Source: Methylophaga frappieri (GTDB lineage Bacteria; Pseudomonadota; Gammaproteobacteria; Nitrosococcales; Methylophagaceae). Taken from it: a DNA stretch of 32,000 nt. The translations under genes were made by a program, and so were the position numbers. The notes under the pieces were generated by a model. The model was not told where the DNA came from. It did not search any database and was given only the letters and a program-made list of their open reading frames with translations. Below, piece after piece: positions 18,040-24,276 of the stretch. Within the stretch, counting starts at the first letter, position 1; every line of letters starts with the position of its first letter. The stretch spans positions 2,550,001-2,582,000 of the forward strand of contig NC_017856.1 in NCBI RefSeq assembly GCF_000260965.1, read 5' to 3'.

Positions 18040-20032
18040 ACACGCGCTTGAAGCTGCGCAAAAAAGACACCGGCGTCGGTTAGTCTGGATGCTGGTGGCG
18101 TTACTGACGACCTCCGTGGTTATCGTAACCATACTAGGGATTTCCCGTGGCACCCGTATTGTCGTTCTCCCCGAAGCGGCTTTGCCAGCAAAGATAAGCA
18201 TGACGGAAGGTGTAGGCATGGTGTTGTTTAATTCGGTTTATGCGCTAACGGACTCGCCCCGGATACGCGTCAGCGCCCTGCAATATCAGACATATGAACA
18301 TCAATTATTGCCTGAACAGCAAGGCAAACGACTTCATATCACTTTAGAACCAAAGCCGGCTGAAGTACGTTTTAGCACCGATCCAGAGGAAAGCCTGACA
18401 CGCTGGTACCTTAATAATGAATTTATTTCTGAGTCGGATACGCTGCAACAAAGCTTGTTACCCGGCGAATATGATTTAAAAATCGATCATCCTTACTACG
18501 AACAGATCAACAAAGCAGTTTCGTTGACAGCAGGGCAACATCGGCATGAGATCGTCGTATTGACGCCCATCACTGGCCAATTGCAGATTACCTCTACGCC
18601 GCCCGGTGCGGTGATTCATGTCGATAATCAAGTGATCGGTGAATCGCCTTTGACGCACCCCATTTCAGGTGGTGTTTACCAGATAACTCTCTCCAAATCG
18701 GGTTTTGATACGGTCACCGAAACGCTGGAAGTAACGCGCAATCATAAACAGGTATCGCGGGTATATCAGCTACCGGCTGCACAAACCACGGTGTCCCTGT
18801 CTTTGTCGCCTGGCGGTGGCAGCTTGACTGTAGATGACATTGTGCAGCCGGCGGCAAAAACCATTCAATTGGCCGCGGGACAAGCTCACCGGGTTGTGTA
18901 TCAAAAAGCAGGCTATGTCACACAACAGCAAATTGTGACGCCACCGTTAGGTCAACCGTTAGCCTTGAATTTTGATTTGCAGGAAGCCCGAGGTCAGGTG
19001 CAAATCATGGCGACGCCCCAAGCGGCAGTATCCATTGACGGCAAACGCGTCGGGGAGACGCCACTGACATTAACACTGCAAACTGTGCCACAGCAGCTCA
19101 GTTTTCAACACCCAGGTTATCGCACAATCACACAAACCGTGACGCCGAGTCGTGATGTGACACGTCAGGTATCGGTTACGCTGATTCCAGAAGCGCAGGC
19201 CCAGCTTGCTGAATCGCCAAAACGTTATCAGCATCCTGCTGGGGGAGAGATGTTGTTGTTTCAGCCGAATACGGTATTCACGCTTGGTGCGGCACGAGAC
19301 AGTCAAGGCCAGCGTGCCAATGAGTTTTTACATAAGGTGCATCTGAATAGGCCATTTTACGCCGGTGTAACGGAAGTCAGTATTGGCGAATATCAACAGT
19401 TTGATACCAGCAAAACCGGTAACAAAGCGGAACCGATAACGGCAATCAGCTGGCTGGATGCCGCACGGTTTTGTAATTGGCTCAGCGAACAGCAAGGGCT
19501 GCCACCCGTTTACCAATTTTCAAACCAAAAACTCATCGCAATTGACATAACAGCAAATGGCTACCGATTATTGACTGAAGCAGAGTGGGAGTGGCTGGCC
19601 AGATCAGCAAAGCGCCCGCAGCCAACCCGGTTTGCTTGGGGTGATAGCACCACGCTGCCAAAACACGCTGCGAATATTGCCGATGAGCAGGCCAAGACAG
19701 CAGTCGCTATGTACGTACCGCAATATGATGATGGTTATGCCGGCGTTGCACCAATCGGTCGTTTCTCTAAAGAGATCAGTGGATTACAAGATCAAGCTGG
19801 CAATGTCAGTGAATGGACGCATGATGTTTATCGTTTGACCCCGCCTGATTCAGAAACCATTTTTCCACAACAACTGGATAAGCGCTTACTGGCGGAACGT
19901 GTGGTAAAAGGAGCAAACTGGCAGTCAGGATCGCTGACAACCTTACGTGCAGCGTATCGAGAAGGCCTAAGCCAGCCGCGAAAGACAGTCGGCTTTCGTG
20001 TTGGTCGCTATCTGAATAAGGGAGAGCAATAA
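18026..20032 (+). CDS. Bitopic membrane protein with about 4 PEGA domains and a C-terminal FGE-sulfatase (SUMF1-like) domain lacking the catalytic cysteines (operon gene 4)
   Basis: ATG at 18026 (GTG at 18023), overlapping the upstream gene. N-terminus EAAQKRHRRRLVWMLVALLTTSVVIV. PEGA motifs include ITSTPPGAVIHVDNQVIGESPL (about 18590) and IMATPQAAVSIDGKRVGETPL (about 19005). FGE-domain motifs: VSIGEYQQF, ISWLDAARFCNWLS, YRLLTEAEWEWLAR, GNVSEWTHD, RVVKGANW, GFRVGR. Confidence 0.8.
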   Translation: MKPFKHALEAAQKRHRRRLVWMLVALLTTSVVIVTILGISRGTRIVVLPEAALPAKISMTEGVGMVLFNSVYALTDSPRIRVSALQYQTYEHQLLPEQQGKRLHITLEPKPAEVRFSTDPEESLTRWYLNNEFISESDTLQQSLLPGEYDLKIDHPYYEQINKAVSLTAGQHRHEIVVLTPITGQLQITSTPPGAVIHVDNQVIGESPLTHPISGGVYQITLSKSGFDTVTETLEVTRNHKQVSRVYQLPAAQTTVSLSLSPGGGSLTVDDIVQPAAKTIQLAAGQAHRVVYQKAGYVTQQQIVTPPLGQPLALNFDLQEARGQVQIMATPQAAVSIDGKRVGETPLTLTLQTVPQQLSFQHPGYRTITQTVTPSRDVTRQVSVTLIPEAQAQLAESPKRYQHPAGGEMLLFQPNTVFTLGAARDSQGQRANEFLHKVHLNRPFYAGVTEVSIGEYQQFDTSKTGNKAEPITAISWLDAARFCNWLSEQQGLPPVYQFSNQKLIAIDITANGYRLLTEAEWEWLARSAKRPQPTRFAWGDSTTLPKHAANIADEQAKTAVAMYVPQYDDGYAGVAPIGRFSKEISGLQDQAGNVSEWTHDVYRLTPPDSETIFPQQLDKRLLAERVVKGANWQSGSLTTLRAAYREGLSQPRKTVGFRVGRYLNKGEQ

Positions 20033-20172
20033 TGCAACGCTTCAAAAAGCCAATACGCGCTGGTGTCTCGGCGCTGATCCTTTTTTTTGTCGGCGTGTTG
20101 TTGCACAGCGCCTATGCCGATAAGCCGGTGATAAGTCTGAACTCGCCGGTTTCCTTTCCGGTGGATATCTAA
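20032..20172 (+). CDS. Unannotated 46-aa micro-ORF encoding a signal peptide plus a 17-aa mature peptide (operon gene 5)
   Basis: My own translation is MQRFKKPIRAGVSALILFFVGVLLHSAYA/DKPVISLNSPVSFPVDI. Its ATG shares one nt with the upstream TAA (20030-20032). Its TAA (20170-20172) abuts the ATG at 20173. It is below the 60-aa cut-off of the supplied track. Confidence 0.5.
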   Translation: MQRFKKPIRAGVSALILFFVGVLLHSAYADKPVISLNSPVSFPVDI

Positions 20173-20934
20173 ATGAATGAGATGTTGAAGAGTTTTGCGG
20201 CACTGGTGGTGGCCATTGTGATAGTGCATATGGTTTATTTGGGCTATATCCGACCGGAGGCCGCGCAATATATTGCTATCGGTCTCGAGCAGCAACAGTC
20301 ATTACCGCGGAATTTTGTCGTCATTGTTAAAGGTTACGAACAGGAAATTTGTTTTATTCTGATGCTGTGGGGCTGTTACTTGATAGCCAGTGCCTATCGC
20401 CGCATTCTGAAAACGCAATATCTTTATAGCGTAGATCTGATTGAAACGACGGAGTCCAACGATAGTGCATTGGATGTGAATCAGATCATTGACCGGCTGG
20501 ATACCGAAATTCCCAAAGAGGGATTGGCTTCACCATTGGTTCAGACCTTGCGGGCGGCACTATGGCGATATAGTGCGACGAATAATGTGCAAAACTTATC
20601 GGATGCTATCGAGAGTAATCTGGAAGCGCTTGCGGTGCGTCAGGATACGGAAAACACCATGATTCGCTATTTAATTTGGGCGATTCCGTCCATCGGCTTT
20701 ATCGGGACAGTCCGAGGGATTGGTCAAGCGTTGTCTCAGGCTGATGAAGCACTGGCCGGTAATATTGCCGGCATGGTTGATAGCCTTGGTCTGGCATTTA
20801 ACTCGACGCTGGTGGCGCTGTTAATCAGCATTTTTCTGATGTTTTTGTTTCACCAACTGCAACGTCTGCAAGATGGTCAAATAGTCGAAACGCAGCATTA
20901 TTGCGATAAATATTTGTTAAGACGCATTCGCTGA
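20173..20934 (+). CDS. MotA/TolQ/ExbB-family proton-channel (stator) protein (operon gene 6)
   Basis: 253 aa with a 2 TM + about 85-aa loop + 2 TM layout. IWAIPSIGFIGTVRGIGQAL and LGLAFNSTLVALLISIFLMF match the conserved TolQ/ExbB TM pair (aPllGllGTV.Gi...). Confidence 0.85.
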   Translation: MNEMLKSFAALVVAIVIVHMVYLGYIRPEAAQYIAIGLEQQQSLPRNFVVIVKGYEQEICFILMLWGCYLIASAYRRILKTQYLYSVDLIETTESNDSALDVNQIIDRLDTEIPKEGLASPLVQTLRAALWRYSATNNVQNLSDAIESNLEALAVRQDTENTMIRYLIWAIPSIGFIGTVRGIGQALSQADEALAGNIAGMVDSLGLAFNSTLVALLISIFLMFLFHQLQRLQDGQIVETQHYCDKYLLRRIR

Positions 20935-20940
20935 TTGGTC

Positions 20941-21999
20941 ATGCTGCGACGTAAACGCACTGAAGGATTTAATCTGGCGTTTCTGGATATCATGGCCTGT
21001 GGCCTTGGCGCGGTGATTCTGGTGTTTATGTTAGTCAAACAAAATCTGGAATCGGCAGCTTCCGAAGTAGACCGCTTGCAAGCGGATATTGCTAGGCTTG
21101 AACAAACACAGCAGGAGGCGAATCAGACGTTGCGTCAAATCCGAGACGATTTCAGCCAACAAAAACAAGATCTTGAACAACAATCCTCAGCGCTGGCTGA
21201 CAGACAGGCAGCGCTGAGCGCTCAGCGCAGTGCCATCAGCGACGCGGAGCAAGCACTGGCTAAACTGAAGTCGCGCATTACCGAAATTGAAATACCCGAG
21301 CAACAGGATTTAGTGTCATCAGATAACCTCAACGAAGAAAACTATCTGATGGGCCTTCAAGTGACGGGCAATAAAATCGGGATTCTGGTCGATATGAGCG
21401 CGTCCATGACCAATGAAAAGTTGATCGATATTATCCAGACCAAAAGTCGCACTAATCAGGACAAACAAAGCGCTGCCAAGTGGATACGTACTAAAAATAC
21501 GGTGCGCTGGCTGCTGGCCAGACTGCCAGCAAACAGTGACATTGTCGTTGTGGCTTTTAGTGAGCAGGCACAGGTATTGGGCGGCCAGTCAATGCAACCG
21601 GCGAACGAGACAACTGTCGGTCAAATCCTGCAATCTTTAGACAAGGTGATTCCAGAGGGCGGCACCAACCTGCAAAAAGGCCTGAATACAATCAATGATT
21701 TTTCGCCAGATCATTTGTATGTAATTACAGATGGATTGCCCACACTGGGCGAATCTTCTTATCGCAGTTTAAATCCGTTTGCCCAGTGCCGGTCGCTGAC
21801 AGGTAATGCCCAGACTATTTCTGGTCCGTGTCGGGTCAAACTTTTTCAACAAACCGTGCGAGAGAGTGGACAACGCAGTAACGAAGTTAATGTCGTGCTG
21901 TTACCCTTGGAAGGGGATCCGGATGCCGTCAATCAATATTGGGGTTGGGCTGCGGCAACAGGGGGCCTGTTAATCAGTCCCGCGGAAAACTGGCCATGA
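20941..21999 (+). CDS. ExbD/TolR-like Asp-containing TM anchor + coiled coil + vWA domain with complete MIDAS (operon gene 7)
   Basis: ATG at 20941 (the track used TTG 20935). N-terminus MLRRKRTEGFNLAFLDIMACGLGAVILVFMLVK, with D16 at 20986-20988. An about 85-aa heptad-like Q/A/L/E-rich segment follows. vWA motifs: DMSAS (21391-21405), GGTNL, ITDG. Confidence 0.8.
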   Translation: MLRRKRTEGFNLAFLDIMACGLGAVILVFMLVKQNLESAASEVDRLQADIARLEQTQQEANQTLRQIRDDFSQQKQDLEQQSSALADRQAALSAQRSAISDAEQALAKLKSRITEIEIPEQQDLVSSDNLNEENYLMGLQVTGNKIGILVDMSASMTNEKLIDIIQTKSRTNQDKQSAAKWIRTKNTVRWLLARLPANSDIVVVAFSEQAQVLGGQSMQPANETTVGQILQSLDKVIPEGGTNLQKGLNTINDFSPDHLYVITDGLPTLGESSYRSLNPFAQCRSLTGNAQTISGPCRVKLFQQTVRESGQRSNEVNVVLLPLEGDPDAVNQYWGWAAATGGLLISPAENWP

Positions 22000-22949
22000 A
22001 ATCGCGTAAAAAAACACTGGATATTTTCAGTTTATCGTTTCTGGATATCATTTCCTGCGGCTTTGGTGCTGTGGTGATGTTAATCCTGATAGCCAAACCG
22101 GATACCGCAATCTCCCAGGCGGGACAGAGCAATATCAGCGAGATGTTGGCAACCTTGGTAGGCCTTAAAAACACGGTCACCATAACGCAACAGCAAATTG
22201 AATCTGAACTTGCCAGTTTAGAGGCATTATCGGTTGAGCAGGCCGCCGCGCGTCAGGCACAAGCTGATCTGCAAAAACAACAGCAACAACTTGCTGCGGC
22301 TGATGCGGCATTAACTGACAATATAAGTGGCCTCAGTCTGGTCGAGTCACGTTTGCGCCAGGCGGCGTTGACAACACCACGTCAAAACACGCCGGAAGTG
22401 CGTTCAGAAGCCGTGGGTGGGATTCCGGTCGATAGTGACTATGTCGTTTTTATTATTGATACCTCTGGCAGTATGCAACGCATCTGGTCTCGGGTATCAC
22501 GAGAAGTCGTCAATGTGTTGAATATTCATCCGGAAGTGAAAGGCTTTCAGATTCTGAACGACTTGGGAACGTCTATGATCTCCGGTTATGACGGCAAATG
22601 GATGTCAGACACGCCCGCAACGCGAAACAACGTGATTCGCATGTTTGACAAGTGGTCAGTGGTTTCCAACAGCAGCCCGGTCGAGGGGATCGAGACCGCA
22701 TTACGAAAATATGCTAAACCCAACATTACGACCTCTATTTACGTTTTCGGTGATGACTATACCGGTGGCTCATTTGATAATGTGATTGCGCGAATTACCC
22801 AACAAAACCGGGTTCTTAGCAATGGGCAACGGTTGGCCCGCATTCATGGTGTTGGTTTTCTGTCGATGAGCAGTACCGAACGATACGGTATTTTGATGCG
22901 GGAGCTAACCAAGCAAAATGGTGGCACCTATTTGGCGCTGCCGCCTTAA
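21996..22949 (+). CDS. Paralogous ExbD/TolR-like TM anchor + coiled coil + vWA domain with variant MIDAS (operon gene 8)
   Basis: Start at ATG 21996, within an ATGA overlap with the upstream stop. N-terminus MKSRKKTLDIFSLSFLDIISCGFGAVVMLILIAK, with D17 at 22044-22046. Coiled coil. DTSGS at 22458-22472. The Thr loop reads NSSPVEG instead of GGT. FGDD replaces TDG. Confidence 0.8.
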   Translation: MKSRKKTLDIFSLSFLDIISCGFGAVVMLILIAKPDTAISQAGQSNISEMLATLVGLKNTVTITQQQIESELASLEALSVEQAAARQAQADLQKQQQQLAAADAALTDNISGLSLVESRLRQAALTTPRQNTPEVRSEAVGGIPVDSDYVVFIIDTSGSMQRIWSRVSREVVNVLNIHPEVKGFQILNDLGTSMISGYDGKWMSDTPATRNNVIRMFDKWSVVSNSSPVEGIETALRKYAKPNITTSIYVFGDDYTGGSFDNVIARITQQNRVLSNGQRLARIHGVGFLSMSSTERYGILMRELTKQNGGTYLALPP

Positions 22950-23042
22950 AATAGTATCTCGGCAGCGATGGTGCAGGCAGCTAAACAGGAATTATAACAT
23001 TCTTGTTTGGCGCGAATCTTGTTGTTGGCAGCGATATAAATC

Positions 23043-23058
23043 TGTGAAATTATTCACA
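23043..23058. promoter_or_regulatory. Candidate CRP/Vfr-type binding site
   Basis: TGTGA-AATTAT-TCACA has both consensus half-sites (TGTGA-N6-TCACA) perfect. It lies in the 285-bp intergenic region, about 180 bp upstream of ATG 23235. Confidence 0.4.
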
Positions 23059-23234
23059 AGATAGTGGCTTATCAGTCGTTGTATTCGGCCATTATCAGGC
23101 GTCATTAACCACGGGAAATGACGATCGCTAAATCTTTGCTGAGCAGACTATTTATTAGGGGATTAACAACAGACAACAGTCATGAAACGGTTTATTGAAT
23201 GATTTAATAATTTCGTAACGATTAGGGGTTACAA

Positions 23235-24047
23235 ATGAATGCCGTTAAAAAATCTATCGCCGTGATTTCGGTATTTACCATGCTCATGTTGACACATTCA
23301 GCGCTGGCATTAGAGCGTGATGATGCTGACATTATTGGCTTGAAGTTAGGCATGACTGTTGAGCAAGTCAAAAAGACAATTGCTGATTATGATAAGGACT
23401 TTGTGCTTCAGCCACCTATGCAGCGGGTTTATCAATACCGGGTCGCCAATAAAACTATCAAAACCGAACCATTTATCAGCTCTCTTTATGCGGTTGCCAA
23501 AGACAAGCAAAAAGGCAATGTTCAGATTTATTTTTCAATGCCGCCATCAGAACCTAGAGTGGTGGCAATTTCGCGTTCCCACAACAACTTTGTCCCGCCG
23601 ATTACCCGTGAAAATTATAGCAACGCGCTAGTAGATAAATATGGGCAGCCGGTTGCTACACAAAACGATAAACAGGTGAATTCGGAAAGACAAATGCATT
23701 GGTTACAATGGCATATAGGGGATAAGCCACAGTGTTTACCTTACTTTTCAGGCGGCAGGCAAGTACAGGGGCCATTCGGCACTATTGGCATGAGTAGCAT
23801 TGAAAAAGGGGAGGTGACGCAAGTCATTATGTCCCAAAAAACGGATGTGAATAACCTGGATTTAGACAACTGTGCTTCCGTGTTGACCTATCAGCTCGCT
23901 TACGACCCAGTCAATGCGGCGACCGGTATTTTAGTTGATGTGAGCGGCATCATAAAAAGCGAGCGTGAAGTAAATCAATGGATTGATTCTCTAGCGAAAC
24001 AAGAAGAAGACAAGATCAACAGCTCAACGGCCAAGCCCAAGCTGTAA
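23235..24047 (+). CDS. Secreted hypothetical protein
   Basis: 270 aa. AGGGG RBS. Signal peptide MNAVKKSIAVISVFTMLMLTHSALA/LE. No family recognised. Confidence 0.65.
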   Translation: MNAVKKSIAVISVFTMLMLTHSALALERDDADIIGLKLGMTVEQVKKTIADYDKDFVLQPPMQRVYQYRVANKTIKTEPFISSLYAVAKDKQKGNVQIYFSMPPSEPRVVAISRSHNNFVPPITRENYSNALVDKYGQPVATQNDKQVNSERQMHWLQWHIGDKPQCLPYFSGGRQVQGPFGTIGMSSIEKGEVTQVIMSQKTDVNNLDLDNCASVLTYQLAYDPVNAATGILVDVSGIIKSEREVNQWIDSLAKQEEDKINSSTAKPKL

Positions 24048-24276
24048 TTTGGTAGAAATTCAATGACTTATTTGGTTGTGGTGTTGAGTGGTTTTTGCGT
24101 TTTCTCAGCGTTATTGAATACATAAAAATCAGGTTTTGTGATCTAATAAAAAGATGATAAGACCAAGGTGTTAGCCAGTTTGATATTTGATAGAAGTTAA
24201 TGGATTATTACTGTCTGTCTCATTAAGTATTGTGCTACATTGAGATATCACTGCATGGAGCAAACAGAGTACTGGT

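Noticed and set aside
20071-20078. T8 homopolymer as a phase-variation switch
   Set aside because: Eight residues is short for slipped-strand switching, and similar A8/T8 runs occur in housekeeping genes here (for example in trkA at about 12211). It is noted only inside the micro-ORF finding.
20173-22949. Calling the MotA-like + partner genes a Zorya anti-phage system
   Set aside because: ZorB-type partners carry a peptidoglycan-binding OmpA-like domain, and ZorA has a very long C-terminal tail. ZorC/ZorD (or ZorE and similar) effector genes follow them. None of these is present: the channel is only 253 aa and the partners end in vWA domains. A defence role stays possible, but only as a hypothesis.
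16621-22949. Calling the vWA/TPR-like genes a Bat (aerotolerance) or MoxR-vWA operon
   Set aside because: There are no MoxR AAA+ ATPase, DUF58 or BatD-like genes. The vWA proteins have ExbD-like Asp helices plus coiled coils and sit behind a MotA/ExbB gene, which Bat operons lack.
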